Of a stretch of DNA of 32,000 nt, positions 8,487 through 18,586 are shown piece after piece. Both the position numbers and the translations under genes were made by a program. The stretch is taken from contig NZ_CAWLFA010000001.1 of assembly GCF_963860125.1 (NCBI RefSeq), forward strand, positions 1,847,930 through 1,879,929, written 5' to 3'. The notes under the pieces were generated by a model, which was given only the letters and a program-made list of their open reading frames with translations, had not been told where the DNA came from and searched no databases. Source of the DNA: Picosynechococcus sp. PCC 7002 (GTDB taxonomy: Bacteria > Cyanobacteriota > Cyanobacteriia > Cyanobacteriales > MRBY01). How positions within the stretch are numbered: the first letter of the stretch is position 1; every line of letters begins with the position of its first letter.

Positions 8487-10767
8487 ACTCAAACCCAATT
8501 GTCTCCTCGCAAAATCCTTTGAACCTGGTCACTGGAAAGGTTCCTATAGTTTGGTGGGTCACACTGCTGATGTGGTCAATGCCATAACAACCTTGGTGGA
8601 TACTTTGGGCGATCGCCTGATCACTCAATTTGGCTTAACTTGCTCTTTTCAATACCTGCGGTCAACTGCAAGATTAGCAGCTTATTTACATGACTGGGGT
8701 AAAGGTAATAATCACTTTCAGGGCATGGTCAGGGCTTCCATTCCCGGTGCGACTCCTAAGCGTTTTTTTGATCAATCTCCCCAAATGTTGCGCCATGAAA
8801 TTGCTTCTGTACTGTTGGCTTGGGAGTTTAGAGAGTGGCTAGAACAAGCTGATGGTGACTTTTATACAGCCCTAGTGGCAGCAGGTGGGCATCACTTGAA
8901 ATTAGGTGGGAGGGATGGCAAGGCAACGGATGAACTGGGAGAAATTCGCCAGAGTGGCGATGCTCAAATATATCTCTATGCTCTCCAGAAAAAAGAAGGC
9001 AAAATTGCCTATCACCCTCAATTTAAAGGCTTACTGAAATACAGTGTTAAAGCTCTGGGTTTACCCAAAAATATCAAACTTTCCAAAGCACCTTCTTTGC
9101 AGTGGACTAGAAAAGATATTGAGACGAAACAGCATGAAATTCGAGATTATCTAACCCTTGATTGGGAAGGCGATCCAGTGTTTATCGCAGTGGTCAAAGC
9201 CCTATTGGTTGCCGGGGACTGTTCTGGTTCTGCCCTCGCGAAAGAAGATGTTTCACTCCAGAAATGGATTCAAGATGAGCTAAAAAACACCCTTGATGAA
9301 GACAAGCTTGATCGAGTTATCAAATCTCGTTTAGGTGATCATGAACTCAGAAGATTTCAGCAGGATTTAGGAAAAGTAAAAAGTCGTGTGGCGATCGCCC
9401 GTGCGGGTTGTGGTACAGGCAAAACTTTGGGGGCATACAACTGGGCAAAAACCCATGCTCTAGATCGTAAACTCTTTTTCTGCTATCCCACCACCGGAAC
9501 CAGTACCGAAGGTTTTATCGATTATGTCCATGGCAAAGTCGAGGCGGAATTATTTCACTCGCGGTATCAGGTGGATCTGGAAATGATGCAAACGGGGGAA
9601 GAAAATGATCTCGATTCCGGTGCTGATGCAACCATCAAACTCGAATCTTTTCGGGCATGGGGTGCGGAATCTATCGTTTGTACAGTGGATACTGTCCTTG
9701 GTTTATTTCAATGTAATCGCCGTCCCCTCTACTGTTTTCCGGCGATCGCCAATGGTGCATTTGTTTTCGATGAAGTCCATTGCTACGATGCCAAACCTTT
9801 CGGCACATTACTCCGATTCTTACAGGTAGTCAAAGCTCCGGTACTACTGATGTCTGCATCGGTTCTTCCGTGGCAAAAAGCAGCCATTGAAGCGGCTGTT
9901 GGCGAACCTGTAGAAGTCATTGAAGGGGCAAAAGATCTCGAAGCTTTACCTCGATATCGCTTTCATGTTCTTGATCAACCGGATTGGGAACGAGTTGAAC
10001 AGGAGCTAAATTCTGGGGGCAAGGTGCTCTGGGTTTGTAATCAAGTTCAGACAGCTATTGACGTTTACGACGAGGCAAAACGTAGAGGTTTAGATGCCTT
10101 GCTTTATCACAGTCGCTATCGGTATCAGGATCGAAGAGATCACCATCGGGCGGTAGTGGATGCCTTTAAGCCAGACCAGACTAAACCAGTCATCGCCATT
10201 TGTACCCAAGTTGCTGAAATGTCCCTCGATTTATCAGCCACTTTGTTAGTCTCCCAAATTGCAGATCCAGCGGGATTAATTCAGAGATTAGGGCGCTTAA
10301 ATCGCCATTATTGCGGTCATGTCCTTGATGCGCTGTTTTACCCCGACGAAAAAGAAGGATATCCCTACAAAAAAGAGCAACTCGCCGATGGGTTAGCGAT
10401 GGTTCAAAACTTTGTGGAAGATGTCAGCCAAGCGGAGTTAGCGCAGTGGTTGGAGGCATTCACCCCAGAACCAAATCAAGATGATGGAGAACTGGGTTTA
10501 GTGTGGCTCGATGGCAACTGGAAAACCTACCCAGCATCTTTAAGAGAAGGAGGTCATAATGTCACAGCTTTATTAGAGGAGGACTTACCCAAGATTAAAA
10601 AACTACCCGCCAAGGAAGTTCCCCGATTTACTGTTCCCATTCCTAATCAAAGCTGGAAACCCAAGGAAAAACACAAATTTTATCCCATCGCTCCCGCTAA
10701 TATTTGGGGCTATTCCGAAGAAAAAGGAGCCTTTGATTTGAGAAAACAAGGAGGTGATGTGTCATGA
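8476..10767 (+). CDS. cas3: Cas3 nuclease-helicase (N-terminal HD domain plus SF2 helicase)
   Basis: HD motifs: GHTADV, YLHDWGK, RHEIAS, GGHH. Helicase motifs: AGCGTGKT (I), FDEVH (II), MSAS (III), QRLGRLNR (VI). The start is set at ATG 8476 after AGGAGG, overlapping the cas6 end by 11 nt. Confidence 0.9.
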   Translation: MQPKLKPNCLLAKSFEPGHWKGSYSLVGHTADVVNAITTLVDTLGDRLITQFGLTCSFQYLRSTARLAAYLHDWGKGNNHFQGMVRASIPGATPKRFFDQSPQMLRHEIASVLLAWEFREWLEQADGDFYTALVAAGGHHLKLGGRDGKATDELGEIRQSGDAQIYLYALQKKEGKIAYHPQFKGLLKYSVKALGLPKNIKLSKAPSLQWTRKDIETKQHEIRDYLTLDWEGDPVFIAVVKALLVAGDCSGSALAKEDVSLQKWIQDELKNTLDEDKLDRVIKSRLGDHELRRFQQDLGKVKSRVAIARAGCGTGKTLGAYNWAKTHALDRKLFFCYPTTGTSTEGFIDYVHGKVEAELFHSRYQVDLEMMQTGEENDLDSGADATIKLESFRAWGAESIVCTVDTVLGLFQCNRRPLYCFPAIANGAFVFDEVHCYDAKPFGTLLRFLQVVKAPVLLMSASVLPWQKAAIEAAVGEPVEVIEGAKDLEALPRYRFHVLDQPDWERVEQELNSGGKVLWVCNQVQTAIDVYDEAKRRGLDALLYHSRYRYQDRRDHHRAVVDAFKPDQTKPVIAICTQVAEMSLDLSATLLVSQIADPAGLIQRLGRLNRHYCGHVLDALFYPDEKEGYPYKKEQLADGLAMVQNFVEDVSQAELAQWLEAFTPEPNQDDGELGLVWLDGNWKTYPASLREGGHNVTALLEEDLPKIKKLPAKEVPRFTVPIPNQSWKPKEKHKFYPIAPANIWGYSEEKGAFDLRKQGGDVS

Positions 10768-12272
10768 CAGAGATGATTCTCTCTTTATTCAACCCCAATA
10801 GTCTTTTGCCCCATCGGGCAGGGGTGGCGGGTTTGGCATTGGCTTTATCTGCCATTGACCCTACTGATGCACCATTGCAATGGGAAGTCACGGATGATGC
10901 AGTAAAACTGACTTGGGATTGCACCGATAAAGAAGCAATTCAATGGTTACTAAAGGAAACTTATCAAATCAAAGATGGTTATCTCAATGTTAAAGCTCTC
11001 AAGTTAGATGACCAAAGTCGTTATATTTTTACGGACGGTGTAACGACAACTTTCTTACAACATAGTAAACAAAGAAGTTTAGATAAACAAACTCAATCCC
11101 TCAGTTTTCAAGTGGATGAAGGTCAACCCGAAATTCAAGTTAATCATCGACAATTGTTAGATTGCTATTATACCAGAGACTTCAAAGAAGCTTTTAGCAG
11201 TAAGGGTAAATTTCAAAAATCTATTCCTTTGAAAGGTCATCACTTACCTGGTCTAGTGGAAGATTTTGCTAATGGAGCTTATCAAGAATCTCCAGAAAAT
11301 TATTTAGCCTTACTTTTTCTTCCTATCGCCTGTCATTATTACCGCTTACCCAACTTTTTATCTGGCTTAGTAATTCTCTCAGTCAGCAACCTAAAAGCAT
11401 GGGTAAAACGACGAAAAGCCTATGCAGCAAAGACAGTCACTAAACTCAAACCTTATGGAGAATTTCGGGCTAATGGTGCAGGGGAATCTGCTCTAAGATT
11501 TCTTTTGCAGGAAAAACTCATTGAGGATGCCAAAGATTTTAAGGTTGATTACTGTGAGGTTTATCGCCTTGGTAAACAGCCTTGGGACGGCAATCAATCC
11601 TATTTAAAACAGGAGGTTTATCGGGTTCATGCTAACGATGAATTACTTGAGCTTTATCGGGAAGCTTGGGGACTTTTTCCTAGTGTGGTTCGCGAAACTG
11701 ACAAGGGGGAAACATGGCTCGCCCATTCTAAAGTTTTGCCTTGGATTGCCGATAACTTAATCAAGGGCGATCGCTGGTATCAGGGATTTTTTGAATTCCG
11801 TAAAGCTAATGAAATTTATGAACGTACAGGATTAGTCAAGATGACCAAAATTGAAAACGCACTGACATCACAAGAACAAATTTTCTTTGATGCGATTCAG
11901 GGAGGGTTTAGTACTTTTTTGCGAGGACAGATTGAACAGGCTACAAAACAAGGCCGCAAGCTTGATTATGCCCAAGTTACCAAAAAGGTCATCTATCGTT
12001 TTCAACGTCCGAGCACTCAACAGGAATTTGCTTCGGCGGTCGTGGATTTTCTCAGTCAATTTCGTAGTAGGGCAGCACGAGGTTCGGGTTCCGAGATTTA
12101 TCTCTGGCTTCACCGCGATCGCCAATGGAAACAAGCCCGTGATTTAGCACTTTTGGCGATCGCCACCTATGAGGGCAAAAACAAACAAGGTGAAACGGAA
12201 GTGCCGGAGGAGATTTTGGATCAAACTCTCTCTGAAGCAGAAACCAACGAATCCTTTGAACTCACTCTCTAA
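10764..12272 (+). CDS. cas8: Cascade large subunit, Cas8-like (Myxan Cmx/Csx13-like)
   Basis: Sits between cas3 and cas7. The start overlaps the cas3 stop as ATGA. The N-terminal HRAGVAGLALAL motif is reminiscent of Myxan-subtype large subunits. The family assignment rests on context and memory and is not verified. Confidence 0.65.
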   Translation: MTEMILSLFNPNSLLPHRAGVAGLALALSAIDPTDAPLQWEVTDDAVKLTWDCTDKEAIQWLLKETYQIKDGYLNVKALKLDDQSRYIFTDGVTTTFLQHSKQRSLDKQTQSLSFQVDEGQPEIQVNHRQLLDCYYTRDFKEAFSSKGKFQKSIPLKGHHLPGLVEDFANGAYQESPENYLALLFLPIACHYYRLPNFLSGLVILSVSNLKAWVKRRKAYAAKTVTKLKPYGEFRANGAGESALRFLLQEKLIEDAKDFKVDYCEVYRLGKQPWDGNQSYLKQEVYRVHANDELLELYREAWGLFPSVVRETDKGETWLAHSKVLPWIADNLIKGDRWYQGFFEFRKANEIYERTGLVKMTKIENALTSQEQIFFDAIQGGFSTFLRGQIEQATKQGRKLDYAQVTKKVIYRFQRPSTQQEFASAVVDFLSQFRSRAARGSGSEIYLWLHRDRQWKQARDLALLAIATYEGKNKQGETEVPEEILDQTLSEAETNESFELTL

Positions 12273-12314
12273 ACCATTTATACAATCATCACTGAAAAAT
12301 TAAGGAAAATAATT

Positions 12315-13805
<1,491 letters not shown>

Positions 13806-13824
13806 TTTTTGAGATGAAAAAATA

Positions 13825-14457
13825 ATGGAAATACTTTATTTAGAGTGCCCCTGTACCAGTTTCCCTCGAAGCTTTGCACGGGACTACAAAGAAACCTATC
13901 TCTACCCACCACCATCAACGATCTATGGCTTTCTATTATCCCTAGTCGGTGAGGAAGATTTAACCGCCCATCTAGGGGTAAAAATTGCCATTGGTCTCAT
14001 TGGTGATGCACCAACCGTCTCTCGCATTGTTCGCAAACAACGTCACCACAAATTTAGTAAAACTCACATGGGAACCTATCCCAGCAGTAAATTTTCTAAG
14101 CCGAATCATCAGGAATTACTGACAGATTTAAAGGTTGCCCTGCGGCTAGATTCCGCTGAAGAAACAGCTAAGGTAAACCTTGCCGAAAGAGTGGCGATCG
14201 CCCTCTCTAGTCCAGAGAAGATCGCCCGATTTGGAGGCTTATCACTAGGCGAATCTTGGGCAATGGCCAATGGCGTTCGTCCCTATCGACTGGATGATGG
14301 GGATATTCGTTGGCTGATAACTGATAACCGTGGTTTGATTGGTCTGCCGATTTGGATTGACCGAAAAACAACCAGAGGAACATTTCAGCGGTTTACCCTA
14401 GAACAAGGTGGCATGTTTCATGAGAAAGCTTGGGTCACAATCAAGTGTGATAACTAA
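13825..14457 (+). CDS. cas5: Cascade subunit Cas5 (DevS-like)
   Basis: The N-terminal motif YLYPPPSTIYGFLLSLVGEED is the hallmark Cas5 segment. The 210-aa gene starts 19 nt after the vapC stop. Confidence 0.8.
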   Translation: MEILYLECPCTSFPRSFARDYKETYLYPPPSTIYGFLLSLVGEEDLTAHLGVKIAIGLIGDAPTVSRIVRKQRHHKFSKTHMGTYPSSKFSKPNHQELLTDLKVALRLDSAEETAKVNLAERVAIALSSPEKIARFGGLSLGESWAMANGVRPYRLDDGDIRWLITDNRGLIGLPIWIDRKTTRGTFQRFTLEQGGMFHEKAWVTIKCDN

Positions 14458-14537
14458 CGTGTTTTTTTTAAGTAGGAAAGATTATTGCCGGGGTGATTTT
14501 TCAAAATACATTTAATAACTTTTTTGAGGTTCATTAA

Positions 14538-16196
14538 ATGTTTGCTCCGGTTATTCCCGAAACACAACCAACAATTAAAGTATCAGGTCTTCATGCGATC
14601 GCCTATTGTCCGCGACTGTTCTATCTTGAGGAAGTAGAAGGACTCTATACACAGGATGCAGCAGTATTTGCAGGGCGGCGACTCCATGTGGATCTCGAAC
14701 AAGAGGAGGAGGGAGAATGGGAAGATCTTTATCTCGAAAGTGAAGATTTAGGCATTCGGGGTCGGGTGGATGCCCTCCGCACTCGTAATGGTCTAACGAT
14801 TCCCTATGAGCACAAGCGAGGGAAGGCGGCACGGGATGATCAGAAAAATCCTTTGCCTTGGGAGAGCGATCACCTGCAGATTATTTCCTACTGCTATCTG
14901 TTAGAAGTCTCCCTAGGGATTTCTATTTCCGAGGGTCGGATTCGTTACCATGCGGATAATGTCCTCATCCATGTGCCCTTTGATGAAACGGCAAAAGCAG
15001 AGGTCAGAGAGGCGATCGCCAATGCTAGAAAACTTTTAGACTCTGATTTTCGTCCCCCTGTCACGGAAAACGAACGACTTTGTGCCCGTTGTTCCCTTGC
15101 GCCCGTTTGTTTACCAGAGGAAGCACGCCTTGCCCATGACCGAGAATGGCAACCGATCCGCTTATTTCCCAAGGACGACGATCGCCAAATTCTTCATACT
15201 CTTGAACCGGGCACGAGGGTCGGGCGCACCGGAGAACAAATTAAAATTACCCGACGAGATCAACCCATCGAAAAGATTGCCGTCCAGCAAGTCTCCCAAG
15301 TCGTTCTCCATGGTTTTTCGCAAATTTCGACCCAAGCCCTCCATTTCCTTGCCAGTCACAATGTCGGCATTCACTGGATTTCGGGTGGCGATCGCTACAT
15401 CGGTAGTTTCGATAATCGTCAGGGCAGTATCCAGCGGCGGATTCAGCAATATCGCGCCCTCAGCCAAACGGATTTTTGTGTGGATCTCGCCAAAAAACTG
15501 GTGTGGTGTCGCGGTCAAGGGCAACGAAAATTTCTCATGCGGGGAAAACGAAGTAACAAAGCCAGTTCACCCAAATTGAATGAGGCGATCTCCCAAATGA
15601 AACGGGTATTGAAACAGGTGGAAAATGCGGAGAATCTGGCTACTCTCCTCGGCATTGAAGGGAATTTGGCGGCACTCTATTTTGGCGCATTACCCTGTAC
15701 CCTCACCGCAACTGTCCCTAATGAACTACGGTTTTCTGGTCGCAATCGTCGTCCACCCAAAGATCGCTTTAATGCCCTCCTCAGTTTTGGCTATAGTCTC
15801 CTACTAAAAGATGTGATGAACAGCATTATCGCCGTTGGTCTAGAGCCTGCCCTCGGTTTCTATCACCAACCCCGCACCCAAGCCTCCCCCCTCGCCCTTG
15901 ATCTGATGGAGATTTTTCGAGTTCCCCTCGTCGATATGGTCGTCATCGCCTCGATCAACCGTTCTCAATGGGATATTACCGAGGATTTTTCAATTCGGGG
16001 TCAGCAGGTTTGGCTCTCTGATTCGGGTCGCAAAAAGTTTATCGAGTGCTATGAACGCCGTAAAGCTGAGTTATGGAAACATCCCATGCTTGGTTATTCC
16101 CTCAGTTATGCCCGCCTCATTGAGCTAGAGGTGCGGCTCCTCGAAAAAGAATGGTCTGGGGAAGCGGGTCTATTCGGTCAACTGATTGTGAGGTGA
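14538..16196 (+). CDS. cas1: Cas4-Cas1 fusion protein (adaptation nuclease/integrase)
   Basis: The N-terminal Cas4 part has Cys in AYCPRLFY plus CARCSLAPVC (four Fe-S cysteines) and the RecB-type motif D..YEHKRGK. The C-terminal Cas1 part has NALLSFGYSLLLKDV and GFYHQPR..PLALDLMEIFR. Confidence 0.9.
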   Translation: MFAPVIPETQPTIKVSGLHAIAYCPRLFYLEEVEGLYTQDAAVFAGRRLHVDLEQEEEGEWEDLYLESEDLGIRGRVDALRTRNGLTIPYEHKRGKAARDDQKNPLPWESDHLQIISYCYLLEVSLGISISEGRIRYHADNVLIHVPFDETAKAEVREAIANARKLLDSDFRPPVTENERLCARCSLAPVCLPEEARLAHDREWQPIRLFPKDDDRQILHTLEPGTRVGRTGEQIKITRRDQPIEKIAVQQVSQVVLHGFSQISTQALHFLASHNVGIHWISGGDRYIGSFDNRQGSIQRRIQQYRALSQTDFCVDLAKKLVWCRGQGQRKFLMRGKRSNKASSPKLNEAISQMKRVLKQVENAENLATLLGIEGNLAALYFGALPCTLTATVPNELRFSGRNRRPPKDRFNALLSFGYSLLLKDVMNSIIAVGLEPALGFYHQPRTQASPLALDLMEIFRVPLVDMVVIASINRSQWDITEDFSIRGQQVWLSDSGRKKFIECYERRKAELWKHPMLGYSLSYARLIELEVRLLEKEWSGEAGLFGQLIVR

Positions 16197-16198
16197 TC

Positions 16199-16492
16199 AT
16201 GGCAGAACTCAAACATTGGTATTTAGTTTGTTATGACATCCGCTCCCAAAAGCGTTGGCGTAAAGCTTATAAGCTCCTCGAAGGCTATGGGGAACGCATC
16301 CAATATTCGATTTTCCGCTGTTGGTTGACTCAGCGATCGCGAGAAAAGTTACGCTGGCAATTAGAGGAGGTGCTCACCAAGGAGGATGATCTTTTACTTA
16401 TTCGCTTGTCACAACAATGTGTACAGGATTTACCCAAATATAACCGTCCGAATACTTGGCTCTTTGATGAACAGACATTTAAGGTACTCTGA
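16199..16492 (+). CDS. cas2: Cas2
   Basis: A 97-aa product from ATG 16199, 2 nt after the cas4/1 stop. The opening WYLVCYDI...YGERIQYSIFRC is typical of Cas2. Confidence 0.85.
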   Translation: MAELKHWYLVCYDIRSQKRWRKAYKLLEGYGERIQYSIFRCWLTQRSREKLRWQLEEVLTKEDDLLLIRLSQQCVQDLPKYNRPNTWLFDEQTFKVL

Positions 16493-16747
16493 AATGTTGC
16501 AAGCAATGGGGACTGTTTGGGGCGATCGCCTTTTTAAAATCGCTCAAAGAATTGGCTACTGGGCTTTTGCAATTTATCAGCAGCGGCTTAGATCCCTGTT
16601 TTTTCTGAAAACGCCTACCCTATCTAGGTTTCAGGAACATCCAATCAAGCTAAATTTTCTTCAAAGAGCCTCAGCTTGCTATGATTCACTAGGAACCTTG
16701 CAAAAGTTACCCAGAAGTCTTGCTCAGACTAAATTCTAGGACGCGCT
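16493..16747 (+). promoter_or_regulatory. CRISPR leader
   Basis: A 255-nt non-coding stretch between the cas2 stop and the first repeat. The degenerate repeat lies at the opposite end of the array, which is consistent with a leader here. No promoter elements are confidently mapped. Confidence 0.6.
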
Positions 16748-17723
16748 ATGTCCAAACCATTGATGCCGTAAGGCGTTGAGCACAGACGAACTCTCCGTTC
16801 CCATCGCTGATTTGCAGGTTGTGTCCAAACCATTGATGCCGTAAGGCGTTGAGCACACGTAATCAACCTGGGGCGAATAATCTTTCATAGGGTGTCCAAA
16901 CCATTGATGCCGTAAGGCGTTGAGCACTGAGGCGTTGAATGTTGTTGTTGTTCTTTGATTAAATGTGTCCAAACCATTGATGCCGTAAGGCGTTGAGCAC
17001 GGAGAATGGAGAAAGAGAACCACGCTTCACAGTTGAGTGTCCAAACCATTGATGCCGTAAGGCGTTGAGCACTAATGGGCAAGCTCGTGGGTTTCTTCTT
17101 GCCAGGAGTGTCCAAACCATTGATGCCGTAAGGCGTTGAGCACATGGGGAGCTGCGGGGTATTTTTCACCCATTCCCAGAAGTGTCCAAACCATTGATGC
17201 CGTAAGGCGTTGAGCACCAGAGGAACTTCCGGTGGATGTCCTTGCGGAGTACGTGTCCAAACCATTGATGCCGTAAGGCGTTGAGCACGGCGGCACTTGG
17301 AGCAGCTGTGGCAGTGACGGCAAAGTGTCCAAACCATTGATGCCGTAAGGCGTTGAGCACAGTAAATCCTCGAACATTGGCTTAGTATTTGAGTGTGTGT
17401 CCAAACCATTGATGCCGTAAGGCGTTGAGCACGCGACCAGGGTGCTGTAATCCGTTTCGTTTTTTAAGGTGTGTCCAAACCATTGATGCCGTAAGGCGTT
17501 GAGCACACTTTCGAGAGGGCGTTAGCAATACAGGTTCTTCAGGTGTCCAAACCATTGATGCCGTAAGGCGTTGAGCACGACGATTGAGAGATAAATGGCT
17601 ACGGAATTATGCCCAGTGTCCAAACCATTGATGCCGTAAGGCGTTGAGCACGGCGGCTGTGTTGGCGTAGATCCAGAAAAACTTAATGTGTCCAGACCAT
17701 TGATGCCATAAGGCGTTGAGCAC
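16748..17723 (+). CRISPR. CRISPR array: 14 x 36-nt repeat GTGTCCAAACCATTGATGCCGTAAGGCGTTGAGCAC, 13 spacers of 35-38 nt
   Basis: Repeats start at 16748, 16821, 16892, 16965, 17037, 17108, 17182, 17253, 17325, 17397, 17471, 17543, 17616 and 17688. Repeat 1 has A instead of G at position 1. The last repeat has two substitutions (CCAGACC, GCCATAAGG). All spacers are unique. Confidence 0.97.
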
Positions 17724-17892
17724 TTTAGGGCGTCTAAATCCCGGTTTATCGTTTCAATATTCATGGCTTTTCTGGCCTATATTTGGCCTAAGCCTTACGA
17801 GGGGACAGGCATCCCAGGCCACCATGAAAAAGTAAGCAAATTTTCCTTACGCTACCGATAGCGCAATGGAAATTTGACCTACACTGTAAATA

Positions 17893-17966
17893 TGGCTCGA
17901 GGCAGATTTGAACTGCCGACCTTGGGCTTATGAGTCCCCTGCTCTAACCAACTGAGCTACCGAGCC
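17893..17966 (-). tRNA. tRNA with CAT anticodon (elongator Met or lysidine-modified Ile2; not initiator)
   Basis: The reverse complement GGCTCGGTAGCTCAGTTGGTTAGAGCAGGGGACTCATAAGCCCAAGGTCGGCAGTTCAAATCTGCCTCGAGCCA folds as a cloverleaf. It has a 7-bp acceptor stem with G1-C72 paired, a GCTC/GAGC D stem, a GGCAG/CTGCC T stem, a TTCAAAT T loop and a CTCATAA anticodon loop. CCA is not encoded. Confidence 0.85.
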
Positions 17967-17979
17967 AAAACCGTAAACG

Positions 17980-18008
17980 ATTATAACTATAGCAACTGCT
18001 TGTGTCAA
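17980..18008 (-). promoter_or_regulatory. consensus sigma-70-type promoter for the tRNA gene
   Basis: The minus strand reads TTGACA, then a 17-nt spacer, then TATAAT. The -10 element ends 13 nt upstream of tRNA position 1. Confidence 0.6.
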
Positions 18009-18081
18009 GGGCTTGGTTTAGGGTCATTGTAAATGTCCAAACTTGAGTACAAAACAAGACTAGCCGCTGCCCACATTAACC

Positions 18082-18549
18082 ATGTCTAAATTGCCCAAAA
18101 TTGACCGACAGCGGGAACACCAAGCCAACGAACGTACCTTTCTGGCCTGGTTGCGCACCTCAATCGCCCTAATTGGCTTCGGCTTTGCGATCGCCCGTTT
18201 TGGTTTTTTTGTGCGTCAAATTGAAGAAACCCTAGTCTCCCAAAGTAATTTGCCCTTGCCGAACCTGGCCTCTTCCGAAACACTGGGTCGAGCCTTTGCG
18301 ATCGCCGGCATTGTGATCATTGCTTTGGCTCTGTGGAACTACCACCAACATTTTCGCCAAATTGAGCAGGGAAATTATCAACCCAATCGCTGGATGATTA
18401 CCACAACGGCTCTGGTGGCAATGGTTTTAGGGGGGCTGAGTTTGATTTTGATGATTGGCAGTAAACCCGATCCGACTCGGGAGGATTTTTCTCGCTCCCA
18501 GGCCTTTCCTAGAGCTTCAAATGTGTTTAAGCGTCACACTAGGTACTAA
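18082..18549 (+). CDS. DUF202 (YidH-like) membrane protein
   Basis: The motif ANERTFLAWLRTSIALIGFGFAI is followed by further TM helices. The 155-aa size fits. Confidence 0.8.
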   Translation: MSKLPKIDRQREHQANERTFLAWLRTSIALIGFGFAIARFGFFVRQIEETLVSQSNLPLPNLASSETLGRAFAIAGIVIIALALWNYHQHFRQIEQGNYQPNRWMITTTALVAMVLGGLSLILMIGSKPDPTREDFSRSQAFPRASNVFKRHTRY

Positions 18550-18586
18550 TTCCCAAGGGGAAGACTTCTGTGTTATATTTTTAAGC

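Noticed and set aside
14458-14537. Possible CreTA-like degenerate mini-array (repeat-like sequence) in the cas5 to cas4/1 gap
   Set aside because: The best hand alignment of GATTATTGCCGGGGTGATTT to the repeat segment ATTGATGCCGTAAGGCGTTGA gives only about half identical positions. There is no second repeat-like copy, so the evidence is insufficient.
16386-16739. 117-aa plus-strand ORF spanning the cas2 3' end and the CRISPR leader
   Set aside because: It is out of frame with cas2, has no SD or recognisable motif, and occupies the leader. Most likely spurious.
16736-17764. Several minus-strand ORFs of 64-174 aa (16736-17023, 16885-17409, 17072-17506, 17166-17360, 17522-17764) with recurring peptides such as STPYGINGLDT and LNALRHQWFGH
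   Set aside because: They are read-through translations of the CRISPR repeat in different frames. The periodic peptide repeats coincide exactly with the 36-nt DNA repeat, so they are not genes.
17780-17860. Short matches to the reverse complement of the CRISPR repeat core (GCCTTACG at ~17792 and CCTTACG at ~17847), as possible relic repeats or an anti-repeat
   Set aside because: These are only 7-8 nt matches with no flanking similarity and no spacing consistent with array periodicity. That is compatible with chance.
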